Shown piece by piece: positions 11,535 to 22,679 of a stretch of DNA of 64,000 nt. Source of the DNA: an uncultured Acidobacteriota bacterium (GTDB lineage: Bacteria; Acidobacteriota; Thermoanaerobaculia; UBA5066; Gp7-AA6); assembly GCA_963733815.1 (NCBI GenBank), contig CAVTEG010000014.1:38861-102860 (forward strand). Reading direction: 5' to 3'. A program made the translations under genes and the position numbers. Each line of letters opens with the position of its first letter. The first letter of the stretch is position 1. Below the pieces are notes generated by a model, which saw only the letters and a list, made by a program, of their open reading frames with translations, did no database searches and was not told the DNA's origin.

Positions 11535-11610
11535 CAACGCCACTTCGCGAAGGCCTCTCTGTTTGGAGTTTGAAGGGAAGTCGCCGACGTACTACGAAAG
11601 GAACGTGGAC

Positions 11611-11814
11611 ATGGCAATCGCAAAAGTCACCGAGATCTGGTCCGCATCCACCAAGAGCTTCGATGACGCCGTTCGCATTGGGATCGAGCGTGCGGGCAAG
11701 ACCCTGCAAAACATCAAGAGCGCCTGGGTCCAGGAGCAGAAGGCGAAGGTCGAGAATGGGAAGATCACCGAGTATCGCGTGAACATGAAGGTGACATTCG
11801 TCCTCAAGGACTAG
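11611..11814 (+). CDS. Dodecin-family small flavin-binding protein
   Basis: 67-aa product 'MAIAKVTEIWSASTKSFDDAVRIGIERAGKTLQNIKSAWVQEQKAKVENGKITEYRVNMKVTFVLKD' has the typical dodecin pattern. GAAAGGAA ribosome-binding site before the ATG at 11611. Confidence 0.8.
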   Translation: MAIAKVTEIWSASTKSFDDAVRIGIERAGKTLQNIKSAWVQEQKAKVENGKITEYRVNMKVTFVLKD

Positions 11815-12129
11815 CGATGGTGGGGCGAAAGGTCGGGCGATCTGGGCGTCTACAGGAGACGGATTTGACGACTCGAACGCCTGATCGAGTCGCGTTTTGT
11901 GGCTTCTTCTCTGCTGGGCCGATTCGCGGCGACTTCTCCGTTTGCCGCCGACTGCCAGTCCAACGAGGCGAGTAGGCCTCAGTCCTGTGGAGGGCCGCTC
12001 GCAGTATCAGAGAACTCGTCGCGGCCAAGCGAGCCTCGATCTTTCGCGACCCGGCGAATGCCTCTATTTCGGTGTCAAGAGAAGCCTGGATAACGGGACG
12101 GATGCTCAGTAGGTGACGTTCGACCTGCG

Positions 12130-12560
12130 TACATGTCCACAACCTTCATCGTGAGTTTCAGTGTCCGCCGAGCTGGAGGTGGTGGCTCTTTTCATATGCG
12201 TCGATTCTCGCCTCTATGGCCTTGAATCTAGCGACGCTCGCTCGTGGAGCGGGCGGAATGGAAACCGGAGACTCGGCCCATCTCGACCTCGCCGAGGTCC
12301 ACTTTTCTGCCCGGACGACGGGCGCGGATTGAAGCCGCGACGGAACGTTACTCATATCGACCTTTCTGAAAGCCTTCAGGAGGATGCTCTCACTCGATCC
12401 GGGGCCGCATCTGATGCAAAGGCATCAAAGGATTCCGGGCTTATCGGCTCAGATGAGCGCAAATGATTACCACCTGCCGCTGATATCCAAACCATCAAGG
12501 CCGGACGCCTACTGTACAGCGATACCATCTGCAAAAACGCCCTCGTGTTTGTGATTGTTC
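12130..12560 (-). repeat. Copy 1 of a ~430-bp duplicated cassette (structured leader + 65-aa ORF + first 6 codons of a second ORF)
   Basis: Aligns base for base with 36812..37222 (offset 24,682 nt in the ORF part), roughly 90% identical by eye. Homology stops at 'tacatgtccac' on the left and 'gtgattgttc' on the right. Confidence 0.9.
12158..12355 (-). CDS. Conserved 65-aa hypothetical protein (cassette copy 1)
   Basis: ATG is preceded by GAAAGG. Compared with copy 2, four of the core substitutions (12194, 12230, 12287, 12311) are third-position synonymous in this frame. The other frames are not conserved: the plus-strand frame carries a stop in copy 2. Confidence 0.6.
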   Translation of the reverse strand: MSNVPSRLQSAPVVRAEKWTSARSRWAESPVSIPPAPRASVARFKAIEARIDAYEKSHHLQLGGH

Positions 12561-12600
12561 TCGTCTGCCGTGTAGGCCGGTCCGCGCCGGTGTCCGTGAA

Positions 12601-12693
12601 TTAGCCCAGAACAGCCCGTAGAAGGCTTATCGCCGTCTCCGGAGGCCACGGCCTAAACGTCTCGTACGAGCTACCTGCGAAGTTCTGGGCTAA
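12601..12693. repeat. 93-nt hairpin element with 12-bp perfect inverted termini (TTAGCCCAGAAC ... GTTCTGGGCTAA)
   Basis: Arms at 12601-12612 and 12682-12693 are exact reverse complements. The interior contains CTCCGGAG and GGCC palindromes. There is no ORF. Confidence 0.7.
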
Positions 12694-12767
12694 CGCGAGC
12701 GCATCAACCCGCTCTCTGGCCCGGGTCGCTTTGCGTGCAGGGCTGCATCGCCCGGAGAATCCGACTT

Positions 12768-12793
12768 GGCCTGCCCGCGGGCCCTTTTTTTTT
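12768..12793 (+). terminator. Putative intrinsic terminator (GC-rich palindrome GCCCGCGGGC + T9) with no upstream plus-strand gene
   Basis: Nine consecutive T at 12785-12793 directly follow a GC-rich palindrome. It lies 20 nt before the start of the ndvB-like gene. Confidence 0.45.
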
Positions 12794-12812
12794 GCGTGGT
12801 AAGAAGAGCGTA

Positions 12813-15800
12813 ATGCGAGCGCCCGACCTCGCCCATTCGGTCAGAGCTCTTCTCGACGGAGCACCTGGAGCAGTTTGCCGGCGCCCTCGCGGCCGAGCAT
12901 CTCGTCTTTCCGGGAAAGAGGCGCGGCCGGCGGCTGCTGCCGCGCCTGCGCGAGAACGCCAGGGTCCTGGTGCATTCGCAACGGCTGATCGCGGAGGCGA
13001 GCCGGCAGACTCGCTCCGATCTCCCCCGCGGCCGAGTGGCTGCTGAACAACTTCCACATCGTCGAGGAGCAGATCCGCGAGATTCAGGAGGATCTGCCTC
13101 CCGGGTTCTATCGCGAGCTGCCCAAGCTCGCGTCCGGAGAGCTCAAGGACTTTCCGCGCGTTTACGCGCTCGCCTGGGAATTCGTATCCCACACCGACAG
13201 CCGAATCGAGCTCGAGACGCTCGGGCGGTTCGTCCGTGCCTATCAACGCGTACAGCCGCTCACGATCGGGGAGCTGTGGGCCCTGGCGATCTCCCTGCGC
13301 CTCGTGCTCGTGGAGAATTTACGGCGCATGGCGGAGGGCGTGGCCGCGCGAGGCATCGCGCGGGATCATGCGGATGCCGTCGCCGACGCGCAGCTGGGCA
13401 CCGACGGCGCCCCGAAGCCCGGACCGGCGGCCATGATCCAGATGCTCGAGCAGCGGCCGTTCACGAAGGCCTTCGCGGTGCAGCTCGCCCAGAGGCTTCG
13501 CGAGCAGGATCCCGCGGTCACGCCGGCGCTCGACTGGCTCGACCGACGGCTCGCCCGGGAGGGCACCACGACCGACGAGATCGTTCACACCGAGCACCAG
13601 GCCCAGGTCGCCACCCATGCCACGGTGCGCAACGTCATCACCAGCATGCGGCTGCTGTCGGCCGTCAACTGGGCGGATTTCTTCGAGAGCGTCAGCCTGG
13701 TTCACGAGGCGCTCTGCGCGGGCACGCGCGTCGCCGAAATGGACTTCGCGACCCGGGACCGCTACCGGCACGCGGTCGAGGAGCTCTCGCGAGGCTGCGC
13801 GCAGGACGAGGTCGAGGTGGCGCGCGGGGCCGTCCGCATGGCGCTCGACGCGCAGGCCTCGTCCTCCCGACGCGCCGTCCTTCGAGCCGCGCCTGGCCGA
13901 CCCGGGCTACTACCTCATCTCCAGGGGCCGCTCGCGTCTCGAATGCGGTGCTGGAGTACCGGTTGCCCGCGCGCCAGTGGCTGCGCCGCGACGTGGTTCC
14001 AGCGCGGCGGCTCCCCTCTACCTGTCCTCGATCGTCCTCTGGACCGCCGCGATCCTCGCCGTCCCGGTCTCGGTGGCCGCGGCCGCGGGCGACCCCGATT
14101 GCTCTCGCTCCTCCTCACCCTCCTCGCCCTCGTCCCGGCCTCGGATCTGGCGACCAGCCTCGTCCAACGGTTCGTCACGGAGCTCGTCGGTCCGCGCCGC
14201 CTTCCCAAGCTCGAGCTCGCCGGCGGGGTCCCGGAGGGCTCGACGCACCCTCGTCGCCGTCCCGATGCTCCTGACCGACGAGTCCGACATCCGCGACGTC
14301 GTCCAGCGGCTGGAGGTGCATTACCTGGGCAATCCGGATCCGGAGCTCCGGTTCGCGCTGCTGTCGGATTGGTCGGACGCGCCCTCGGAGAGCCTGCCCG
14401 AGGACCAGGCCCTCCTCGACGTCGCGCGCGCCGCGATCCGAGAGCTCAACGAGGAGCACGGCAGCGCGGCGGGTGGCGGCGACCGATTCTGGGTCTTCCA
14501 CCGCCGGCGCCTCTGGAACCCGAGCGAGGGGGCCTGGATGGGGTGGGAGCGCAAGCGCGGGAAGCTCCGCGAGCTGAATCGGCTCCTTCGAGGCGCGACG
14601 GACACGTCCTTTCTTCCGCAGGATCACGGCGCGGCCCCGCCCTCCGGAGTCCGCTACGTCGTGACGCTCGACGCGGACACCCGCCTGCCGCGAGAGGCCG
14701 TGCGCCGGATGGTGGGCACGATCTCCCATCCGCTGAATCTCCCGATCTTCGATGCCGCGGCCGGTCGCGTCGTCGACGGGCACGCGATCCTGCAGCCGCG
14801 CGTGACTCCGACCCTCGCCGAAACCGGGTGGGGAACGATCTTCCAGCTCGTCTTCTCGGGACCCCGCGGCATCGATCCCTACGCCTTCGCGGTGTCGGAC
14901 GTTTACCAGGACCTCTTCGGCGAAGGCATCTACACCGGCAAGGGAATCTACGAGGTGGACGTCTTCGAGAGAGCGCTCGGCGAGCGCGTCCCCGAGAACA
15001 CGCAGCTCTCGCACGATCTCTTCGAGGGCCTCTTCGCCCGAGCCGGATTCGCCTCCGACGTCGAGCTCTTCGAGGGATTTCCGGGTCACTACGAGGTGGC
15101 CGCGTCGCGCCAGCACCGGTGGGTCCGGGGGGACTGGCAGCTGCTGCCGTGGATTCTGGGAACGCGGCCCCATGGCAGGCCGTGCGGCCGGCTCCATCCC
15201 CATCATGGGGCGGTGGAAAATGCTCGACAACCTCCGCCGCAGCCTCTCGGCGCCCGCGATGCTCGCGACCCTGCTCGCCGGGTGGTGCCTGCCGAAGGCG
15301 AGCCCGAGGCTCTGGACGCTCTTCGTGCTCGCCGATTCTCTCGCTTACCGACGCTCCTCTCGTTCTTCACGAACCTCGTTCCGAACCGCCGCGGCATCGC
15401 CAAGCGGAGCTTCGTGCGCGGCGTCGTGGCGGATCTGGCCGTCGGCCTCGCGCAGTCGGCTCTCCGAGTCGTCTTCCTCGCCCACACCGCCTGGCTCCGG
15501 ACTGGACGCGATCGCGCGGACACTCTGGCGGGTGGCGGTGACGCGGCGCCGGCTGCTGGAGTGGGTGCCCGGCGGCGCAGTCGCTGCGCGACGTTGGACC
15601 TGGAGGCTTACGGGTTTTTACCGTCGCATGCGCTCGGCCCTCGGGGTCGCCGCGGTGGCGGCGCTTCCTGGTCGCCGCGTCCGGGCAAAGGCCTCCTGGC
15701 CATGGGCCGTGCCCTTCCTGGCCTGCTGGCTCGTCTCGCCGCTGGTTGCCTGGTGGGTCAGCCAGCCGCCGCGGGAGATCGACGGCGCCCAGATCGACGA

Positions 15801-18800
15801 GGCCCAGGCGCGCGAAGCTGCGCCTGATCGCCCGTCGAACCTGGCGTTACTTCGAGCGGTTCGGGGGGCCCGATTCCCATGGCCTCCCGGCCGACAATTT
15901 TCAGGAGGTGCCGCGAGCCGCAAGTCGCCCCGCGAACCTCGCCGACCAACATCGGGCTCGCGCTTCTGTCGACGGTCGCCGCCAACGACTTCGGCTGGAT
16001 CGGAACCGGCGAAATGGTGGAGCGGATGGAGGCGACGTTCGCGACGATGGCAAAGCTCGAACGGTATCGAGGCCACTTCTTCAACTGGTACGACACCGAG
16101 AGCCTTCTGCCGCTGGAGCCCCGCTACGTCTCCACGGTCGACAGCGGGAATCTCGCCGGGCATCTGATCGCCTTCCGAAATGCGTGTCTGGATCGATTGG
16201 AGGAGCCCGCCTCGATCGAGCGGGCGCTTGCCGGGCGTCGCGGCAGCGCTCGATCATCCTGCGCGAGACCGCGGCGGCGGTATCCGAGCGGAATCGGGAG
16301 CCGCGTCGTTACGTATCGCCAGCTGGAAGAGGCCGTTCGCGAGACCGCCGCGCTCCTCTCGCCGGCGCCCGCGTCGCCGGACGAATGGGCGGAGCGTCTT
16401 CGGGCGCTGTCGTGCCGCGCCGAGATCCTGGTCGACATCGGTCTCGCGCTCGTGCAGGAAGGCGGAAGGTCCGAGGCGGAGCGCCGTGCTCGAGTGGGCG
16501 AGGGCGGTTCGCGATTGCGTCGGCGAGCCATGCGCGCGACTCCGGGAGCAAAGCAAGGCGCCGAGGGTGAGGAGGCGTTCGCCCGAAGGAGCTCTCCTCC
16601 ATCGCCGCCACCGCGGCGACGCATGGCGCAGGAGATGGATTTCGCGTTCCTCTACGATTCCGGTCTCGCGAGCTCTTCGCGATCGGCTATCGCATGTCCG
16701 ACGGCACATTGGACCCCGGGCCACTACGACCTGCTCGCATCGGAAGCGCGCCTGGCCAGCTTCGTCGCGATCGCGCTCGGTGACGTGCCGGTCGAGCACT
16801 GGTTTCACCTCGGCCGCCCCTTGACCCCGGTCGGGCGCGGTTCGGCGCTGATGTCGTGGTCGGGATCGATGTTCGAGTACTTGATGCCGGACCTCGTTCT
16901 CGAGGCCCCACCCGCGAGCCTGCTCGAGCAGACCAATCGGCTCGCCGTGCGCCGCCAGATCCGTTACGGAGAGGAGCGGGGCGTTCCCTGGGGAACCTCC
17001 GAGGCGGCCTACAACGCGCGGGACGTCCAATTCACCTACCAGTATTCCAACTTCGGCGTCAGCGGCCTGGGGTTGAAGCGCGGCCTTTCGGAGGATCTGG
17101 TGGTGGCCCCTTATGCCACAGCGTTGGCTGCCATGGTCGAGCCGGTCGAGGCGCTGGAGAATTTCGAGCGCCTGGCCTCGATCGGCGCGCTCGGTCGGTA
17201 CGGGTACTACGAGTCGATTGATTACACGCCGACCCGGGTCCCGGAGGGCGCGGCCTTTGCGATCGTTCGCGCGTTCATGGCCCACCATCAGGGAATGACG
17301 ATCGTTGCGCTCGCGAACGTGCTGTTGGGATCCGTGATGCGCGGGCGCTTTCGGGACGAGCCGGCCGTTCAGGCTACCGAGCTCCTGCTCCAGGAACGCA
17401 CGCCCCGCACCGTGGCGGTCGCGCGCCCCGATCGGCGAAGGGGAGCTGCGGCTCCACGTGCGCGATGAGGTTCCGCCGGTTCTGCGGCGATTCCGATCGC
17501 CGCACGATCCGACGCCCCGCACGCATCTGCTGTCCAACGGCGGGTACTCGGTGATGATGACCGCCGCGGGCTCCGGCTACAGCCGCTGGCGGGGGCTCGA
17601 CGTGACGCGCTGGCGGGAGGACACGACGCGCGACGCCTGGGGGACTTTCGTGTTCTTAGCGACGGGGAGTCCGGTCAAGACGTGGTCGGCCGGATATCAA
17701 CCGGCGGGAGTCGAGCCCGACCAGTACGACGCCATCTATTCGGAAGACCGCGTCGAGATCCACCGACGGGACGGTGACCATCGCGACGAGCCTGCGGACC
17801 GTCGTTTCGACGGAGGACGACGCGGAAATGCGGCAAATATCGCTGACGAACTTCGGGTCTGCGCGCCCGAGAGATCGACATCACTTCGTATGCGGAGATC
17901 GTTCTCGCTCCCTCCGCGGCCGATGCCGCTCATCCGGCGTTCTCGAACCTCTTCGTCCAGACCCAGTTCGTCCCCGAGATCGAGGCCCTGCTGGCCAGCC
18001 GCCGGCCTCGCGATCGCGAGGAGCCGGTCTGGGCGGCACACGTGATGACGGTGCACGGCGAGTTCGTCGGCATGCTGCAGTACGACACGGATCGCGCGCG
18101 CTTCCTGGGGCGGGGCCGCCGATCCGTCATCCGAGCGCCGATCGAGGATCGCCGGCCGCTGTCGAATACGGTCGGCACGGTCCTGGATCCGATCTTCAGC
18201 ATTCGTCGCCGCCTCCGCCTCGCCCCCGGCGCCACGGCACGGGTGCAACTTGCGCTGATGGCGGCCGACACCCGCGAAGGCGCCGATCGCCCTGGCCGAC
18301 AAGTACCGGGACCCCGCGATCTTCGAGCGTGTCTCCAACCTGGCGTGGACGCAGGCCCAGGTCCAACTGCGGCATCTCGGGATCACGAGCGACGAGGCGC
18401 ACCTGTTCCAACGCGTCGCCACCCGCATCCTCTACTCCGATCCCACGTTGCGCGCTCCGGTGGAGACCCTGATCCGCAACCGCCGGGGGCCGTCGGCTCT
18501 CTGGAGACATGGAATCTCCGGCGATCGTCCGATCGTGCTCGTGCGGATCGACCAGGTCGACGACCAGGGAATCGTGCGGCAGCTGTTGCGCGCCCACGAG
18601 TACTGGAGACTGAAAGGGCTGAGCGGTGGATCTGGTCATCGTCAACGAATCGCCCGCCTCCTACTCTCCGGAGCTCGGCACCGCGCTCGAGTCTCTCGTT
18701 CGCGCCGGAGTCCGCGCATTCGGCGTCGCGACGGAGCACACGGTGGGGGAGGTCTTCGTGCTGCGCGGGGAGCTGCTTTCGGGCGAGGAGCGCGACGCGC

Positions 18801-21354
18801 TCGCCGCGGCCGCTCGGGTCGTCCTTCTCTCGCGGCATGGCACGCTGGCGGAGCAGGTCCTGCGTCTGTTGAGACGCGCTCCCGCGCCGCGGGCGCCCGA
18901 GGCGGTCCTCGCTCGGGCGCCGGACCTGGACATCCCTCCTCCGCGCCTTCCCTTGCAGTTCTTCAATGGGCTCGGTGGCTTCTCCGAAGACGGTAGCGAG
19001 TACGTCACGATCCTCGGGGAGCGCCACCAGTGGACCCCGGCGCCCTGGATCAACGTCCTCGCCAACGCGAACTTCGGCTGTCTCGTCTCGGAATCGGGAT
19101 CCGGCTACACGTGGGCCGGAAACAGCCGGGAGAACCAGCTCACGCCCTGGTCGAACGACCCGGTGAGCGATCCTCCGGGAGAGGCCTTCTTCCTGAGGGA
19201 CGAAGAGACGGGGGAGATCTGGAGCCCGACGCCGTTGCCGGCTCGGGGCGACGGGTCCTACGTAGTGCGCCATGGCCAGGGCTACAGCCGCTTCGAATAC
19301 GAGCACGGACGAGTCGCCACGGACCTCACCGTTTTCGTGGCCCGGGAGGACCCCGTCAAGATCTCGCGCCTGTCGGTCGAGAACCGATCCGCTTCGACCC
19401 GGACGCTGACCGTCACCGCCTACGCGGAGTGGGCTCTCGGCCCGCAGAGAGCGGCCGCCGCGCCTTTCGTCGTCACCGACCTCGACGCCGAGACGGGCGC
19501 GATTTTTGCGCGCAACTCCTGGAACGAGGCGCACGCCGGAGGAGTCGCGTTCGCGGACGTCGGGGGCGCACAGACCGCGTGGACGGCCGATCGCACCGAG
19601 TTTCTGGGACGCAACGGCGGCCTCGAGGCCCCGGCGGGATTGGCGCGCGAAGTGATCCTCTCGCGGCGCGCCGGCGCCGGCCTTGATCCCTGCGCGGCAC
19701 TGCAGGTGCGGCTGCGCCTGGCTCCGGGTCACCGCGAGGATGTCGTCTTCCTGCTCGGCCAGGGTCGCGACCTTCCGGAGGCGCGACAGCTCGTCGCCCG
19801 TTATCGGTCGCAGGATCATGACCTCGCAGTGGCCGCGGTGCGGCAGGAGTGGGAGGACACGCTGGCTGCGCTTGAGGTCCGGACGCCCGATCGTTCGATG
19901 GACCTGTTGCTGAACCGCTGGCTTCTCTACCAGGCGCTGGGCTGTCGCTTTCGGGCGCGCGCCGCGCTGTACCAGGCGGGCGGGGCCTGGGGCTTCCGCG
20001 ACCAGCTGCAGGACGTGATGTCCTTCACGGTCGCGCGCCGCGAGCTGGCGCGCGAGCACCTGCTGCGCGCGGCGTCACGCCAGTTCGAGGAAGGCGATGT
20101 TCAACACTGGTGGCACGATCCCGGAGGCCGGGGGGTGCGAACCCGGATCTCCGACGATCTGCTGTGGCTCGCCTACGCGACCCACCACTATGTCGAGATC
20201 ACCGGCGATCACGGCGTGCTCGACGAGCAGGTTCCGTTCCTCGTGGCGGCGCCACTCGAGCCGGGGGAGACCGATCGGTACTTCCAGCCGGGGAGTCGTC
20301 CGAAAGGGCGTCTCTTTTCGAGCATTGCGCGCGAGCCCTGGATCGGAGCCTCGAGGTCGGCCGCCACGGGCTTCCGCTGATGGGCACCGGAGACTGGAAC
20401 GACGGGATGAACCGGGTGGGCGCAGGGGGTCAGGGCGAGAGCGTCTGGCTGGGCTGGTTCCTCCATACCAACCTGGTCGAGTTCGCCGCTTTCGCCGAGT
20501 GCCGCGGAGAGAGCGAGCGCGCGGGCGTGTGGCGCAACCACGCCGCTTCGTTGAAGACGGCGCTCGATCGCGACGGGTGGGACGGCGACTGGTATCGCCG
20601 CGCCTTCTTCGACGACGGGACGCCGCTGGGATCCGCGAGCAACGATGAGTGCCGCATCGACTCGATCGCGCAGTCCTGGGCCGTCATTTCGGGCGCCGCG
20701 GATCCCGATCGGGCCCGGAGGGCCATGGCGGCCGTCGACGAGCACCTGATCCGGCGGGGAGACGGGCTCGTTCTGCTCTTCGCCCCCCCATTCGACCGCA
20801 CGGCCCTCGAGCCCGGGTACATCAAGGGATACGTCCCCGGCGTGCGCGAAAATGGGGGACAGTACACGCACGCCGCGGTCTGGGCCATGATCGCCTTTGC
20901 GGCGCTCGGCGACGGCGACAAGGCGGGAGAGCTCTTCGCGATCCTGAACCCGATCAACCACGCCAGCACGCGCTCGGGCCTGTATCGCTACAAGGTCGAG
21001 CCCTACGTGATGGCCGGCGATGTCTACTCGGAGCTCCCCCACGCGGGCCGGGGCGGCTGGAGCTGGTACACGGGCTCCGCCGGTTGGATGTACCGCGCGG
21101 GCGTCGAGTGGATCCTGGGCTTCCGTCTGCGCGGCACGGTCCTCCACGTGGACCCATGCATCCCCCGCGCGTGGCCGCGGTACGAGATCGATTTTCGTTA
21201 CCATTCTGCCCGCTACCGGCTCTCGGTGGAGAACCCACGGGGCGCGATGCGCGGCGTGACCAGCATCTCGCTCGACGGCGGACCGGTCACGGGCCGCGAG
21301 ATCCCGCTGGCCGATGATGGCCGCGAGCATCGGATCGAGGTCGTGCTGGGCTAG
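12813..21354 (+). pseudogene. Cyclic beta-1,2-glucan synthase (NdvB/ChvB/Cgs)-like giant gene: N-terminal membrane/GT84 part plus C-terminal GH94 glucan phosphorylase part, with about 20 frame changes
   Basis: Colinear homology is spread over all three plus frames. Examples: 'SELFSTEHLEQFAGAL', 'AEWLLNNFHIVEEQIREIQEDLP', 'YVVTLDADTRLPREAVRRMVGTISHPLN', 'HRWVRGDWQLLPW', 'FFNWYDTESLLPLEPRYVSTVDSGNLAGHL', 'SWSGSMFEYLMP', 'YTWAGNSRENQLTPWSNDPV', 'QHWWHDPGGRGVRTRISDD', 'GTGDWNDGMN', 'VRENGGQYTHAAVW'. It ends at the TAG at 21352-21354. Confidence 0.85.
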
Positions 21355-21531
21355 GTGAGAGATGCGCCCCGATCGGAGTCACGGAGCGCTCCCTCGGTCG
21401 CCCGGCGCGTCGCCGCTGTCAGGCCAGAATCACCGAGTCCGCCGGACCGGAGGGACAGAGCAAGCGGTCCAACAGTGCGAGAGAGAGTTTCTCGGCGAAT
21501 GCCGGGAATCGACTCCCGCCCTCAGCGAGGG

Positions 21532-22218
21532 TCACACGGGAGCGGGCCGTCCGATCAGGTTGTGCTGGTACGCAAACACCACGGCCGCGAGCTTGCTGTG
21601 GACTTGGAGCTTGATCAGGATTTTGCTCACATGGTTGCGAACGGTGACCTCCGCGATGGAAAGCGCTTCGCCGATCTCAGCGGACCTCAACCCACGGCCA
21701 AGGCCCTGCAGCACTTCCGTCTCGCGGCACGTCAGCGTGATCGTGCCCCCGTCGGGAGTTCGGGCCGGTTCCAGCGAGTCCATGTCCATGGAACGGCCTT
21801 TCGTTTCGCTGGCCGACCGCCGTATTTCGGGTTCCCGGCAAATGTGCACGAGAGTGGCCAATGCCGGATGGTAAGACTCGATCGCGAAGAGAGAAGTGGC
21901 AATTGTCTTTCTCGACCCGTCGCCGGTCTTGACCTCGAGTTCGAAGGGACAAACGTGATGATCCCGTCCGGTCCGCGCCTGACCCGCCACAGGGCAGCTC
22001 AGTTGGCAGTAGTGGTTCCCGTTGGCGTCCCGGCCGTCCAGGACCTCGTAGCATCGTTTTCCCATGACGGCTCTCGCGGGCTGGCCAAAGAGCGCCTCGG
22101 AAGCCTTGTTCCAATGGATGATGCGATTGCTCGCGTCCATCGCAAACATCGCCTCACCCCGGCGGGAGATGGCATCCAGCGTCTCATGGAGTGGTCCCAT
22201 CGAGCCCCTTGCGGCCAT
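21532..22218 (-). CDS. PAS-domain LuxR-family transcriptional regulator
   Basis: PAS-like N-terminal region ('AMFAMDASNRIIHWNKASEALFG') plus a C-terminal LuxR HTH ('LTCRETEVLQGLGRGLRSAEIGEALSIAEVTVRNHVSKILIKLQV'). I prefer the ATG at 22218, because the 22257 'M' is a TTG inside the upstream motif. Confidence 0.8.
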   Translation of the reverse strand: MAARGSMGPLHETLDAISRRGEAMFAMDASNRIIHWNKASEALFGQPARAVMGKRCYEVLDGRDANGNHYCQLSCPVAGQARTGRDHHVCPFELEVKTGDGSRKTIATSLFAIESYHPALATLVHICREPEIRRSASETKGRSMDMDSLEPARTPDGGTITLTCRETEVLQGLGRGLRSAEIGEALSIAEVTVRNHVSKILIKLQVHSKLAAVVFAYQHNLIGRPAPV

Positions 22219-22251
22219 CACGTCGCAGATTACAAGCCGCCGCGGAACGGC

Positions 22252-22282
22252 GTCCAATCGTTTGTTCTACTCGATTCAAGGC
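22252..22282 (-). promoter_or_regulatory. Conserved element copy a (minus strand: cttgaatcgagtagAACAAACGATTGGAC)
   Basis: TTGGAC at 22257-22252, a 17-nt spacer, then TGTAAT at 22234-22229. The regulator ATG is 10 nt further on. Confidence 0.6.
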
Positions 22283-22353
22283 GTCGTAACGATCGACCGT
22301 CGCGCCCGGAAGCCGGGCCCTGCGCGCTGCTCTCCCGCTTCCGATTTTTCACG

Positions 22354-22383
22354 TCTCAAATCGAGAGGAACAAACGATTGGAA
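22354..22383 (+). promoter_or_regulatory. Conserved element copy b (tctcaaatcgagaggAACAAACGATTGGAA)
   Basis: Divergent from copy a, about 100 bp away. An ATG at 22403 begins 19 nt after the TTGGAA hexamer. Confidence 0.55.
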
Positions 22384-22461
22384 GGAAAGCGCCGGAGCGT
22401 ACATGATCCGCTCGTCGATGAAGACTCTCGGAACGAGAAGGGACAAGACACGGAAACCGTA

Positions 22462-22530
22462 GTGATCGTTTTGATCGTACTCTTTCTTCTCGGTGGCGGA
22501 GGATACTGGTACCGGAGCAGACGGGCCTGA
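22462..22530 (+). CDS. Tiny membrane peptide (VIVLIVLFLLGGGGYWYRSRRA), possibly one ~41-aa ORF together with 22403..22462
   Basis: The hydrophobic helix plus GGGGYW-RSRR tail resembles small membrane proteins of the DUF3309 type. The upstream mini-ORF MIRSSMKTLGTRRDKTRKP* overlaps it as TAGTG. Confidence 0.35.
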   Translation: MIVLIVLFLLGGGGYWYRSRRA

Positions 22531-22679
22531 CGTCAGCGTCGAGCGCAGAGCCTGACCCATGCCGCACGGCGACCTCGGCCGGGGAGATGCCACGATGAAA
22601 CGAGGCGTCGCATAGTGGATCGATCACCGGCAGGCGGTCGCCCGGCGGCGATTCGCGGAACAGACGGAGCACGCCCCCT

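Noticed and set aside
12130-12560. The duplicated cassette as an insertion sequence or MITE
   Set aside because: It has no terminal inverted repeats (ends 'tacatgtccac' versus 'gtgattgttc'), no target-site duplication that I could see, and no transposase-like ORF in any frame.
12356-12560. TPP-riboswitch-like strings in the cassette leader ('tgatggtttggatatcagcgg', 'ctgagcc')
   Set aside because: The two strings are in the wrong order relative to the THI-box architecture (CUGAGA precedes the pyrimidine-sensing helix), and the conserved ACCUGAUCUGGAUAAUGCCAGCG core is not matched. I treat it as an unclassified structured leader.
18383-21330. Long antisense ORFs: 18383..20059 (minus), 20209..21330 (minus), and also 2255..3394 (minus), 28472..30346 (minus), 51952..53931 (minus), 55860..57065 (minus)
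   Set aside because: All lie opposite genes with strong homology. They have Arg/Gly/Pro-rich low-complexity translations and no recognisable domains. These are typical shadow ORFs of GC-rich sequence.
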